Made by a program: the position numbers and the translations under genes
NCBI GenBank assembly: GCA_977018835.1
Contig: OZ361258.1
Span: 4,402,001-4,466,000, forward strand
Length of the DNA stretch: 64,000 nucleotides
Source of the DNA: Minutocellus sp. GHC0000111
Taxonomy: Eukaryota
Direction of reading: 5' to 3'
Notes under the pieces: model-generated
The model's input: the letters and a program-made list of their open reading frames with translations, nothing else
Database searches by the model: none
What the model was told of the DNA's origin: nothing
Shown here: positions 31,546 to 43,940 of the stretch, piece by piece
How positions within the stretch are numbered: position 1 is the first letter of the stretch
Layout: every line of letters starts with the position of its first letter

Positions 31546-31946
31546 CCTGCGCGGCCGCGTTCGTCAAATGCGTTCGATATTTTGGTTTGCTCGCTCCTGG
31601 CTCGCCGTTATTGGTTCGGTCAAGAGGTAGCCTTCTTCGAGGGATGTATTTGGGGTGGACGAATGTACTGATTACTGCTATAATAGCTTGGCCGCTGCAG
31701 CGCTAGGCCTACACTCTTACGAGTACCTAACCCTAACTCGTACCGCGTGTTCGGGAAAAAAATCATGCCGTGGTCAGCGCAAGCATGTTTTGAGAAAATT
31801 ACTCCTCTAAAATAAGAGTTGAGGCAAAAAAACGGAGAAAAATCGATTGAGGAGTGTCATAAGGGCGTCGATCATCGAAAGCCACATGGCATCATAAAGA
31901 ATGAATTCCAGTTCATCTGTCTCAGCATGTACCATTCAAACTAATT

Positions 31947-33023
31947 TTACTCCTTCTTTGCCGCAGCCTCGGCCTTCTTGAGATGCATTTTCTGTTTATT
32001 CTCGGCTGTAATAACCTGCTTCAGCAGCCAAACCATTTCGGCCTTGGTTTCGTTGAGATCATCAAGCTCCGACCGAGCCTTCTCGAGGTCTTCCGTCTTG
32101 ATCTCGCTCATCAGACGACGTTTCTTCTTGGGGACGGCAGACGCAGCATCTTCCGACTCTGCCTTGTCATCCTCTTTTGACTTCTCATCGCTCTTGTCGA
32201 CATCCATGGCCTCACCACCTTCCATAACTTTGGCTTCGCCCTTTTCGTCGTCCTTTTTCGTGGTATCGGTGGCACCAACTCCATCGCACTCGCCCCCCTC
32301 ATTCTTCTCTTCCTTTTTTTCCTCAAACAAATCCCTGTACTCGTCCAAATCCTCTGGTCGGACCTCCTCCACCGCAATCTCCTCGGCCATGACGTCCTGG
32401 ATCTTCTTCTCGTACTCCCGCTCCACCTTGCGGATGCGATCGGCCAGCTGTCCGTCAAATTCGGCATCAATCTCCTTCATCTTAGCATCGCGGTGCGCTC
32501 GAACCTTGATCATGTTCTCCCGCGCCTCACGCAGAGCCTTCTCGGCGACCTCCCTTTCGGCCTTGGCCTTGGCGGCGGCCTCCTTGGCCTCGTCGACGGC
32601 CTTGTCGATGAGGTTGCCATCGACGAGCTCGGCGGCGCGCTTGGCGGCCCGGGCACGCTTTTTCCGGACGATGACTTCCTTGACGACTGAAAAGGTTTCA
32701 ACATCCTGCTCCGGCAAGGGCAGCTTGATGTAGCGAGGGCAGCGCTGGCCGGTGTACGTGCCTGAATTGGACATTCCAATTCCCCAGCCTAGCCCGGCCG
32801 TTAGCGAGGGGGCGTCCTTGTTGCGATTGCGTGCCGAAGTGGACGCGGTGGATTCCACACCAAAGTCAACGACGCTCCCCGCGGCACTGCTGGCGCCTCC
32901 GTCGGTCCCACGGAGGGGGGTGAGGGTCCCGCCCGTGCTGCGGTCGAGGTTGCCGAAGGTGGGGGTCGGGAGGCCGAGGGCCGCCAGGGCGGACGAAGAG
33001 GAACGGGCGCTGGTGGACCGCAT
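31947..33023 (-). CDS. Coiled-coil hypothetical protein
   Basis: Long ORF with E/K-rich heptads; first ATG at 33023. Confidence 0.7.
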   Translation of the reverse strand: MRSTSARSSSSALAALGLPTPTFGNLDRSTGGTLTPLRGTDGGASSAAGSVVDFGVESTASTSARNRNKDAPSLTAGLGWGIGMSNSGTYTGQRCPRYIKLPLPEQDVETFSVVKEVIVRKKRARAAKRAAELVDGNLIDKAVDEAKEAAAKAKAEREVAEKALREARENMIKVRAHRDAKMKEIDAEFDGQLADRIRKVEREYEKKIQDVMAEEIAVEEVRPEDLDEYRDLFEEKKEEKNEGGECDGVGATDTTKKDDEKGEAKVMEGGEAMDVDKSDEKSKEDDKAESEDAASAVPKKKRRLMSEIKTEDLEKARSELDDLNETKAEMVWLLKQVITAENKQKMHLKKAEAAAKKE

Positions 33024-33335
33024 AGCGCCGCCGCCGCCGACGGAAGAATCGCCGAAAGAGGCCGTTGACGAAGTCCGAGATATGCCCGCGGTTGTGGTGG
33101 GTGTGCGTATCTGCAGGGCAGGGAACGGAACACAAGAGATGTGCCGTTTTTTCTTGTGGCTGGCCAGCACCCGCTTCTTTCCACGTCACAGGGTTCGCAC
33201 TACGACGAAAAGAAAGTCGAAGGGTGGTTCGCACAGCGGCATCGCCGATGATATGATTCGATTCTTGATGTGATACGTCGAAGACAACCATCCGATCAAT
33301 CATTCCATGCCATAACTCAACAGAAGAACACAAGA

Positions 33336-35102
33336 ATGAAACGTATACGATTGACTGAAAGAGCTTCGAATTGGATCGAAGGCCGACGGCAGAAACCCAA
33401 TGTCGTGCCCGAGGAGCAAAGCGTTGGCAACCCTCGTGATTACAACAGAACGAAACGCCCATCGGCGGAAACAGAACTCCAGAACGAAGAGGCGGGCGGA
33501 GTGACGGTCGACATCGACCTTTGCAGCAGCAACGAGGAACGGATCGCTTCGTCGCAAGACGAATCGATATCGCCAACATCATCAAGATGGGGTACAGATC
33601 GAGATCGATCCTCGTCACAAGACGATGTCACAGCCGAACAGTCCATACCGAGACCCGAACCCGAACCATCGTCAGAGAAATGGAGACGTCGCCGCATACT
33701 GTCCGTCTATCTCCTCACATCGACTTTCCTATACGCCGACCTGGCATTGATGGTTCCGAATTTGTCAGCTATCGCGGAAGAGTTTGGGTTTGATGACGAC
33801 GAACGAGACGTAAAACTTGGCGGTGTCATCGCCCTATGCTTCTTTTTGGTTGGTACGCCGGTGGCCCTGCTCATCGGGTGGATCGCCGATTTTTGCAATC
33901 GCAGCCCTCTGTATGCCATCACCGTCTTCCTCGGCGAGGCAGCCTGCCTTGGTACCTACTTTGTCACCACATATCAGCAGCTCGTGGTAACGAGAACCCT
34001 GACAGGGATCAGCATCGGCGGAGCGCTACCGGTCATCTTCAGCGTCCTGGGAGATTTGTATCCCACAACTCAAAGAAATGCCGTCGCAGCCATTATTACG
34101 ATTGGAACCGGGCTTGGTTCGGGAGTAGGACAGGCATTGGCTGGGTTTCTAGGACCAAAGTATGGATGGCGCTTCCCATTTCTTGTCGTGAGCGTACCAG
34201 GAATGGTTTGTTCCTTTCTATTTTTTATGATTCGAGATCCCAAGCGAGGGCAGAAGGAACAGGCACGAATTGAATTTGACGAAGAAAGACGAGCGCAAGC
34301 TGTTGATCACAACGAGGCTACCAATATTGATGGGTCTGCTAATGTGCCCTCCGTATCACAACGGCCTAACGACAAAGTTTCTTGGAAGACGACGTGGGAG
34401 ATGATAAAGACACCGTCTGTACTGCTTATATTTCTTCAGGCAGCACCGGCGTCATTGCCATTCGGATTTGGATCTGTCTTTTTGAATGATTACCTTGCTC
34501 AGGACAGAGGTATCGGGGTTGAGGAAGCAACCGGTGTCCTCATAACATTTGGCGCTGGAAACGCCATCGGTGTTTGTTTGGGACGGGCACTCGGCCACGT
34601 GACCTACAAGATCGACAAGCGAGCGCCCCCAATCCTCATGGGGAGTAGCCTTATGCTGAGCTGCATACCGATGTATTTCCTCATCGATTGGGTAGATGCC
34701 ACGAAGAATTTGAGCATAGTTGCAGTGCTTGGACTGATAACTGGAGCCTTGGCAACAATGCCGGTTCCTCTCGAAAGAGCGATACTTACAAATGTTACTG
34801 TACCCGAATCTCGGGGCAGAGCCAACTCTTTTCTCTCCATCATTGACGATCTTGGTAAGGGTCTTGGGCCTGCACTTGTTTCTGTTCTCATACAGGCATT
34901 TGACCGTCCTACAGCTTTCAACATATCCTTGCTTGGGTGAATTGTTGGCGGCTTGATCAGCTTCCTCATTTTCTTCTTTGTTAGACAAGATGAAGATCGG
35001 ACACAGGAGAGAGTGAGAGAAGCACTCATTCGAGATGAGGGACTGTGTTTCGAACCTGGGGGTTGGAATTGTAGAGATGCACACTTAGATTTAGCTACGT
35101 AG
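33336..35102 (+). CDS. MFS transporter (Spinster-like) with in-frame TGA at 34938-34940
   Basis: Multiple TM helices, GWIADFCNR motif A, RTLTGISIGG, YGWRFPF, VPESRGRA. A final TM helix continues in frame after the TGA. Confidence 0.85.
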
Positions 35103-35359
35103 ATCTTGACTGTACTCATTGTTCCTTACCGGTGCCATGGGGCGGTTGTTTGTAGAGTCGGATGAGTCCACCCTACCAGAGTTCAGATGGCATGGATCGA
35201 AGAAAAGTGGCCGGCCCATGGCGCACCCGCCACAAGAGCCAGTAAAGAAGAACGCCGCGAGAGTGCATCGTACTCTGGCCAGCTAGCGACGCAGAAGCTG
35301 GCATCTACCAGAGTTAGAAGGCCGAGCAGAAGTTTTGTAATCCACCAGTTCGCCCCGTT

Positions 35360-36646
35360 ATGTCTGCTGCAAAAAAGAGTCCAAGGCGCGCAGCAAGAGC
35401 ACTCCGAAACCGTCCTCTCGTCGACGATAAGCATCTGCATGTCGCACCAACAAAGACAGTCGAACGGCCAAGAACGCAGCATTTGATATTCGTCGGCGCT
35501 GTTATTTTCCTTGCGGTCATATTAACAATATTTACCTACCACTCGAGCCATTACGAAGGCAGCGAGGGACATAGCATTGCCCTCGCTCACAGCAAAGTGG
35601 GCCTTTCCAATGACAATGACGAGTCCGAGTCAACGCAAATAAAGGCATTAATGACGGTAAAAGAAACCTCTACTTCGTCTCTAATTCATTCCCAATGTGC
35701 ACGAGGGACATCTAATCTCAAAGATCGGCCAATGGTCATCTTCAAGTCCGCTCGAACTGGATCTACGTGGTTGGGATGGACATTCCAAGAGTTAAAATTG
35801 AAATCCGGGAAGCAAGTCCTTCTGACAACAGAAGTGGGAAGCTGTGGCAAAATTTTCAAGAACCAGTTGGCCAAGTGGTTCATTAAATACTTCAACCAGG
35901 GACAAAAGAGAGGCGAGGGAACCGATGACAATATGTCAAGCACGGGCCGTCATGGTCGGCGGCTCAAGCTGAAGTGTCGAGTCGATGAGGACAGTGATAC
36001 AAATTACGGGCCGATAGTAGCAACAATCGACGTGAAAGCTAACCCAGATGATGTGCCAGAAGAGGAAATGGTGCCGGATCTAACGCTCGAGCAGTGGGGT
36101 GAAGTGTTCAAAGCGGTACCAAATCTTGCCATCGGGGTGCTGGTGAGAACAAATGCAGTGAAGCGAGCAATTTCCAGTATAGCTGTAGAGGAACAAGTTA
36201 AAGTGTGCGGTGATAAGGTTGGAAAGAAGCTGACAGGCAAGGAAAGATGCATAAAATAATTATCTGACCAGATTCATTTGAATACCACCGAGCTTTGGAG
36301 CCACGTGGAGAAGTCAGATCGCAAGCGAACGAAACTGCCGGAGCTTGCGGCGAGATTATCAACTAGATACAGCGATGGGAACATTTTCTGTGTCTCATAT
36401 GAAGAAATGGAGCTCGATATGCCCAAAGTTATGGAGGATATGGGGCACTTTGTCGGTGCCGATATTGAATCCAAGAGTATATCCGCATTGAGAGAGAAGC
36501 AAGTTTCCAAAAAACGTGGGTCCGACGACCTATCGGAATATATTATGAACTACGATGAGGTCCGACGAAGCCTCTCATCAAACAAATGCATTCTCGAACA
36601 GCTTGAGAGTAAGGCACCAAGGGTGTTTCCCGCGTGTTTAAAGTGA
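35360..36646 (+). CDS. Type II membrane sulfotransferase-like (Stf0-like) with in-frame TAA at 36257-36259
   Basis: TM anchor; KSARTGSTW (5'-PSB) and LVRTNAVKRAISS (3'-PB); same frame continues after the TAA with VSYEEM..DLSEYIMNYDEV. Confidence 0.7.
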
Positions 36647-37251
36647 GTTAAGTTAAGCCACGTAAGCAAAATCTATTGGGCATAATTCTTATTCCAGCAC
36701 CGCTGGCATAACATTGTGCCCTCTAACAGTTTCTCGTTAGACGCGAAACGATACATCCTTGATACACAGCGTCATTCATACGTCGCCTCTTCTTAATACC
36801 ACACTGTCATCCAGAAAATCTTCATCGATACCGCTCGAGAAACAAAGTCAATACACCTTCTACCGTCGTTTATGTGCCTATCGGCGCCGGTTCTGGGCCT
36901 CTCTATGCAAAAATGTTGATGAGCTCAAACCACGATGCCGGGCGGGGTTCCGTCATCATTCCGATGGTGACCACCATAGGCGCAAATCCCCAAAGCAGAG
37001 CAGTGCGAGTCTTTTGGAAGATGAAGTCGATGTCCAACAGGCGCAGTCCCATGGCCGGCAGTGATGCGAGGCTGCGCACGCCGGAGGCATTCCTTCTTCT
37101 GGGGACGGGCATTATTTTTGTTTATTATTTCGGGGTTGGGTTAGAAAATGGCAGCCTGACTTTGGGGCTCAAAATCACAAATCACGCAGCAATAAATAAG
37201 ATGCAGCGAATGTTTAGAATGGCAGCAGAGGTCACGTTAGCTCTCTGACTA

Positions 37252-37278
37252 TCTCTCTCTCTCTCTCTCTCTCTCTCT
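37252..37278. repeat. (CT)n microsatellite
   Basis: Direct dinucleotide run. Confidence 0.95.
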
Positions 37279-37455
37279 TGGTGTGTGGGTTGTCGAAGTC
37301 GAAGGAACCGGACAGCCGGACAGACGAAATTGGAAGAGGCGGCGGAAAGACGCATTTCTCGCACAGCACACGTACACGCACAGCATGCACATGCACGCAA
37401 AACGCCGAAGCGAAAGGATGGCGGTAGTACCGGTCTTCCAGCTCCCATTACTACC

Positions 37456-38509
37456 ATGGGTCTCATCAGCTTATATCTCAGTGCGCTCAAGTCGCATCCA
37501 ATACGGACCAATCTTTCGACCGCCGCCCTGCTCATGGTCGGAGGCGACGTGATTGCTCAGGAAATTGAACGATGCCATCTCGAGGATGAGTTTTCATTTC
37601 ATGAGCATGATTTGGATGGAGTACCCGACGAACGAAGGTTGCACATGCACCCATACTCTGGCTTTTTTGTTCGAAGGCGCACAAGTACGGTAGACAGCAC
37701 TGCTGGCACTGCCGCTGATGACAAGCAAGAAGACACAGCAACAAGAGATACCTTCGTCGACGCATCGGTGCAAATGCACAACAGGATATCACAATCAATA
37801 CGACGGAGCATTGATGAAAATGATTGGGTTCGGTCGGCAACCATGGGAATATGGGCAATATGCTTCTACACACCTGCGTACATGGGTCTCTATGCTGCTC
37901 TTGATCGTATATTTCAGAAACGAACGCCATTGGCAGTCAGCTCCAGAGTAGCCGGTGCAGTCGTTTATTCAATTCCAGTCAACGCCCTGTTCTTTTTGTA
38001 TGGAACGTCTGTTCATCATACCTTGGAATGGTATGGTTTGTGGAATTCACTTTTGTCTGATGCTGAGGACGAGGCGGAGTGGACGGAACCATCGGATAAG
38101 AAGGAGAATTTATTCACGATGATAAAGACGAGGATAGCCACAAAGCTTCGATTGAAGAGACAGGAGACTGAAAAAACAAATGATTCAAGAGACACATATT
38201 GAAGAAATCGAAGAGGAGGAGGCGACCAACGCTGCAATGGAAGAGATCCGACGACGATTCTTCCTGCCCTTGCCAGACCGACCGCCACCGTATGATTTGG
38301 ATATGTTGCTATCAAAGGCGCGCTTAAAAATTGAGACGGAGCTGATTTCTACTGTCAAGACGTCGGCTCAAATATGGGTTCCAATCAATTTTGTCAATTT
38401 TGCGTTCGTACCAAACCACTTGAGACCATTTGGTCTCTTGTTCTTCTCGGTCTTTTGGAACTGCTATTTGAGTCTTGTTCAACACCGCGATGTTCCACTT
38501 CCAGACTAG
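37456..38509 (+). CDS. Mpv17/PMP22 family protein (frame break in A-run at about 38175)
   Basis: YLSALKSHPIRTN..GGDVIAQ, DWVRS; second frame WVPINFVNFAFVPNHLRP..VFWNCYLS. Confidence 0.88.
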
Positions 38510-38652
38510 CTCCCGCCTCTGTCGGTGTTTTTTTTTTTTGCGGCCAGATTTTACCTCTTCATACATAGACATTTCACTTATTTCCATCTCGCTAGATCAA
38601 GATTTTTGCTACTCACAACTTTTTGATATTCACGGTGCTAGCTACTATATTT

Positions 38653-39760
38653 TTAGAGGAACAACTGCTGGGACTCGTGGATGGGCTGCTGCGATTCATG
38701 GAACCATCCCGATGCGGCCCAGCGCTCTCGTGAGTTGGTGGCCATTACTTCATGCGGGAGTGTTACACTGTCGAACAACACCAGGGTCCCTCCTGTCGGC
38801 GCTACATCCTTGACTGTCTCCCCAGGGTCAGCCTTGAAGTATGCGGTCACAGCAGATTTGGGTTGCTCCAAATAGTGGAACCGCCTACCAAGATCATGAT
38901 CCTGAATCAGCAAATTTTGTACAAAGAAATCGCTCGTCAAGAACAGATACGGGTCGGACTCGAATTCCTTGGTAAGATATATCCGCCGTTCACCGTCGTC
39001 GCTGTCAATGTACATGGCACACTTCCCGCTGATACCACCCCGTCGTCCATCCAGGAACACAGGTCGCTCCTTTGGATCGCCCTTGGTCGGTGGCAACCAC
39101 CCTATTTGCAGATCTCCCTGCCGAGCACCCACAGGCTTGCTGCTGCGGCTTATCCGTTCGTACGTTCGCAATTCTCCCCCATCTGCATCGGCATCCCAAT
39201 CCTCCTCGTTAAGATATACCAGCCAACTGATCGATCGACGGGTCGGCTTGGACCAACCTGCTCGTCCTTTGAGTTCTTCGTGATGATCATCGACGTGCCG
39301 TGCCAGATTGGCACCAGGTCCGAACCTTGTGAAGCTGATCTCATGGTTATTGGGTCCATCCGGTGTGTCCAAACCTGGTCGATCCAAACCCTTGGCCAGC
39401 TCATATCGAAGCTGGGCGATAGTTGCCGTCAAATCACGTCGGGCGTCGGCATCTCCCAGTGTGTTGGAGACAAAGGGCCCGTCGCGCTTCTGGGAGGGGA
39501 TGTACGCCGGTAGTACCGCCCGGTCCTTGCTGGCATCGAATGAAGCCTTGTCCTTGGCCCCGGCATTTTGGCCGTAGCCAGCGAGGGCATCGACAATGAA
39601 GGCCTTGTCGTCATAGTACAAATTCCGTGCGTCGGACCGTAGACGAGATAGCACCGAAGGAGAGAGGTGTTGGGCAGTACAGCAATGCCACCGGCATTTA
39701 TTGTTTCGAGTGCAGAGTGTGGTATGGACAATGCCGTATGGTGACGATGACGATGACCCG
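38653..39760 (-). CDS. 2OG-Fe(II) oxygenase, prolyl-hydroxylase-like (5' end uncertain, frame break at about 39660)
   Basis: RHVDD (HxD), RRSISWLVYLNE, LVLFDSVTLPHEV, RWAASGWFH. Confidence 0.85.
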
Positions 39761-39876
39761 AGAAATGCTCACAACTAACTTGAAGCAGCTGATCTCTATT
39801 CGGCGACGTTCGGTTTGCAAATCTCAAATCTCGCCGATCAATCGCTGCTCATGTCAAGCAAAGTTCCGAGAAGAAG

Positions 39877-41658
39877 ATGGCAGCCGAAGCCGATGCCAAC
39901 GATGATGAGCGGCTTATGCGCCGGGCCATCGCCGAGAGCCGCCTCGCTGTCGAAGAAGACAATGCAATTGTGCGTTATGCATGTATGTTTGATTCTCTTG
40001 TGCCACACGTGCCCTTTTGCTACTTGCTTTTTGCTACGAAAATAGCCTCATTATTCTCATCTCGTATCTTTTGATCTTTTGCGACTTATTGTTCTCTACT
40101 TACTTTCGTCAGCCATTCGGAGCCATCTTGGCATCTCCCGATGGAGTGGAATTGCTGGCAGCTCGCAACGCATCGTCCAATACCGGAGTGAGAGGAGGAG
40201 GAGCAGACATCACCCGACATGCCGAGATGGAGCTGATCCGAAAGGCTTGTGCCGAGCTAACGCCCGAGCAGAGAACGCGAGCTACCCTCTACACTTCGAC
40301 CGAGCCTTGTGTCATGTGCGCCGGTGCAATCTACTGGGCTGGTATCAGCAACGTGGTTTATGGTTGCAGTGCCGATGCCTTGGAGAAGATCAGTGGCCCG
40401 GGTGGCTTTGATATTGACATTCGAAACCTTTACGCACAAGCCAAGGCAGGTTGTCGACAAATGTGTGTGCGTGGTCCCTGCCTTGAAGAGGAGGCACTTC
40501 AAGTTCATAGAGAGAGTGGGTGTTGGGCAAACAGTGAAGAGAAGGAAGAAAATGACACAAAAGACGATGGAGGAGAGGTATCGGAGGTTGCTTTGGATAG
40601 TGAAAAGAAGGAAGAAAATATCTCAAAAGACGATGAAGGAGAGGTATCAGAGGTTGCTTTGGAGCGATCACTCCTTGCTTCAGGAATTGGATCTGCTGCG
40701 GCCATAAAAGGAGCAACTGTACCAACTATTGACATGTCCCTCCCAGACGATATCGTGGCCGAGCAAATGTGGAAAGCTGCAAATGAAGTTGGATTCTTTA
40801 CCGTCATCAACCATGGAATTTCCAAGGAATCGATTGATAATATCTTTGCCGCTTCCTTGGCCTTCTTCTCGCAATCCGTAAAAGAAAAGGAGACGCAATC
40901 GCCCTTCGATAGAGCTCTCAACAGTGGATATGAGTATTACAGCCAAGTGCGTCCATCTACGTCCATCTACTGGAACGACCGACCAGAAGGAGTCCATTCA
41001 AATCACTGCCCGAGAAGGGTGCATGGGTGGTAGGTGGCCAAGCTTTCCCAATAGTTTCAAGTATGTCGCTTCGACCATGACAAAAGAAGCGCATGAATTG
41101 GCATGCCGAATAATGACACTACTCGAGCCCAAAGCTTGCGCCCATCTGAAGCCAGGCACGTTGGCAAAGGCCCACAACCTCTGGAGCAACGATTGTCAGT
41201 GTACGCTCCGGTTGATACACTATCCACCGATGCGTGCTGATGAGCTTGAAAAGCTGACTCGGCCTGGAAACTTTCATTGGAGAGCAGGAGCTCATACCGA
41301 CTGGGACTGCATCACGTTGCTTTTCCAGCGAGTTGGACAAGCTGGGCTGGAGTGCAGGGCCAATCCCAGAGCTGAGAGCGGTAATGGTACTGACAGTCAG
41401 TGGATTCCCGTTCCATCCGTAGAGGGAGGAATCGCAGTCAACATTGGCGATATGCTCTCGCGGTGGAGCGATGGAAAATTGTTCTCGAATTTGCACCGCG
41501 TGCGAAGGCCCACCGTAGAGGAATGTGGTTCGTCGCGGTATTCTGTCGCCTTCTTTGCCCAAGCGGACAAATCACAAGTGATTACTAGTCAGGAAACCGA
41601 GCCAATCACCGCAGGAGACTACATCCTTTCTAGAATCAAATCCAATTACTCCTCGTAG
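39877..41658 (+). CDS. Zn-dependent nucleobase deaminase fused to an IPNS-type 2OG-Fe(II) dioxygenase (intron 39970-40112; 10 bp duplication 40951-40970)
   Basis: PFGAIL, HAEMELIR, EPCVMCAGAIYW (HxE/PCxxC); then VPTIDMS..GFFTVINHGI (DIOX_N), AHTDWDCITLLFQ, NIGDMLSRWS, LHRV, RYSVAFF. Confidence 0.88.
40533..40664 (+). repeat. 66 bp in-frame tandem duplication in the interdomain linker
   Basis: SEEKEENDTKDDGGEVSEVALD / SEKKEENISKDDEGEVSEVALE. Confidence 0.85.
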
Positions 41659-41745
41659 ATGGACGGAAAAGGATTAGATGTACAGCTGGAATCGATTTTG
41701 CATATTTTTTGTTCAATGTCGCACTTATTTTCATAAACATCTTAT

Positions 41746-43422
41746 TTAGTTTGTGTTTACCATAACTTGCTGCGTTTCAGAGACACTCACGCCTCCTACC
41801 TTCCCCTTGGTAGCCAAATCGAGCAAGCGTTGGAGCTCCTCTTTGCTCGAAATCTTGCAAGAGTGTCCCTTTGTACATTGCCCGCGCAAATTATCACCAA
41901 CAATGTCAACAAAATGATCCCTCACATACGTGTTGACCTCGGTGGCCATCGCCTCTGTCACAGCGAAGTAATGTCCAAGCACCTTCCACATGCTGGCTCG
42001 AATCTTGGGATCCTTGGCCCGTTCTTCCATGAGAATATGCGCCTGCGGCTTGTTGTTTTCCTGCGTGACGACGCCCTTCATGCCGGCCGATGTTGGCGTA
42101 CGTGATCGCAGGGCTCCCATCTTGGGATGTGTTACCATGCGTAGACAGGCCGTTCGATTGTAAAGGCCGCAATTTCCCGCATCAGAGTCGATTGATGGGC
42201 GAGACGAAGGATGATTTGCCACTCTGTAGTGTCTGTTGCCATTGCTACTGCTCCAAACTGTAGCATTGGGATGCCGTATCCGCTCCACAATGGATTGATG
42301 TGGGAACCGGGGTATATCGTCTTCGAGGACACCTACGCTTGATCCCACAGTGAGACCTGCTGTGACGCACGCCCTAGGGCTTTTCCAGGGAATGAAGGTG
42401 CCATACATGGTGGCATTGGGGCTGGTTTCAGGATTCTCGTCGGGAGGAGTCGGGTCCCACGCAACGTGATTGAGGGGACACCAATACAGCCATCTTGCCG
42501 TGCCAGGTGGGAGTTCAATCGCAGTAGAATCGCCGTTGCCATCGCCATGATTCTCTTCCTCTTCTTCGTATCCAGAAAACAAATCCTCCAAAGCATCCCT
42601 CTGCAAACTCTCCAAATACAGCATGTTGAGACCATCATCTGCATCCAATCTCGTCTCCAACAGCACTCGATCATTCCTAGCCGCATGGGCCCTTCTGACC
42701 AAATCAACATCGCCGCTATACAATCGTCCCTCTTGGGCAGCCAGCAGTATATCGTCTCCGGCCTGCCCACCACGCCACCCGCCGCCCTTGATGCCAATGC
42801 CGTAGTTGGTATTGGAACCCACTAACATCACCTCCCGATGCTGTCGAACGAGGTCAACAAGTCGAGACAGCATCGCCGTTCCCTCCAGAGCTGGATCGAC
42901 CTTGATGATCCACAAAAATGGCGGATCGGCAAAGTTGCTGTCCTCTGTACTGGCAGCGTCCTCGCCATTGTCTCTGGTCCGTCGTTGCGCTGCGGAGACC
43001 GTGGAGTTGTTCATCGTCATCATTGACGCTGACGCCGGATCAGGATCAAACGACGTGAAGGCATACACCGACTGACGTAGAACGGTAGGCAAACAGAACT
43101 TCTCGAACAGCATCAAGCGGGCCTCGGCCAGATGAGTCAGATGGGCCTGCTCCTGCATGAAGCGGGTGTTGACGATGTGAATCAGAGGATGAGTCCATTC
43201 CTCCTCCTCGTCGTTGTTTTTGTGATTTAGATTGTTGGTGTCTGTGCCAATATCAGCAGCACCGATGAAACCTCGCAGACTCCCGCTCAGCGGTGCCATT
43301 TGCATCTGATGCGCGTCCAGGACCGATATCTGCCACACGCTGAGGGAGATGAAGAGGCCGACTGCGACGAGTGCGGCTCCGGCAATTACCACGGTGGGAG
43401 CCGGTGCTCGCGGTCGACGCAT
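41746..43422 (-). CDS. Type II membrane putative glycosyltransferase (rhamnosyl-transferase-like)
   Basis: TM anchor; IVNTRF, RLMLFEKFCLPTVLRQS, WIIKVDP, TRLDADD (DxD). Alternative ATG at 43578. Confidence 0.65.
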   Translation of the reverse strand: MRRPRAPAPTVVIAGAALVAVGLFISLSVWQISVLDAHQMQMAPLSGSLRGFIGAADIGTDTNNLNHKNNDEEEEWTHPLIHIVNTRFMQEQAHLTHLAEARLMLFEKFCLPTVLRQSVYAFTSFDPDPASASMMTMNNSTVSAAQRRTRDNGEDAASTEDSNFADPPFLWIIKVDPALEGTAMLSRLVDLVRQHREVMLVGSNTNYGIGIKGGGWRGGQAGDDILLAAQEGRLYSGDVDLVRRAHAARNDRVLLETRLDADDGLNMLYLESLQRDALEDLFSGYEEEEENHGDGNGDSTAIELPPGTARWLYWCPLNHVAWDPTPPDENPETSPNATMYGTFIPWKSPRACVTAGLTVGSSVGVLEDDIPRFPHQSIVERIRHPNATVWSSSNGNRHYRVANHPSSRPSIDSDAGNCGLYNRTACLRMVTHPKMGALRSRTPTSAGMKGVVTQENNKPQAHILMEERAKDPKIRASMWKVLGHYFAVTEAMATEVNTYVRDHFVDIVGDNLRGQCTKGHSCKISSKEELQRLLDLATKGKVGGVSVSETQQVMVNTN

Positions 43423-43940
43423 TGGCAGGATACGACAAAATGTGCAGGGCGTATTATCTGTGGAAGGTGCCGAGCGAGGCCTCTTTCGAACCAGCGTGCG
43501 TGCAGGCGAAACCTTACCAGTATGAGCGGCATTGAGGGCGGAGGACCGACGCAAGCCATTGTTTGTGTTTGTACACATCGTATTGGTTGCTTGTCGTCCG
43601 TTACTTAGCTTGAGTGAAAATTATGGCGAGCACCGGCAATGACGGTTCACCCTCTCGTTCCACGATTTTTCAAACGATCATTCGAAAAATAAGCTTTCAG
43701 TTCAACTTCCAAAAATTATTGATAGCGATAGTTGCCGCTGCCGCTGTTCATCGCATCGGAAGCACAGTATCGACTGGCTGCTCCCTTTTCGTCTCGTTCC
43801 GATCACTTTGTGGTCGTTGCTCGTTGCTCTCCCTGTCGAAGAGGTCTCTCGAACACAAATCGGGGTTTTGTCTTTCTCCCAGAGGCAACAACAACAAGGG
43901 AGCACCAGGGCAACGATGAACGGGGCCAATGTGAATCTAG

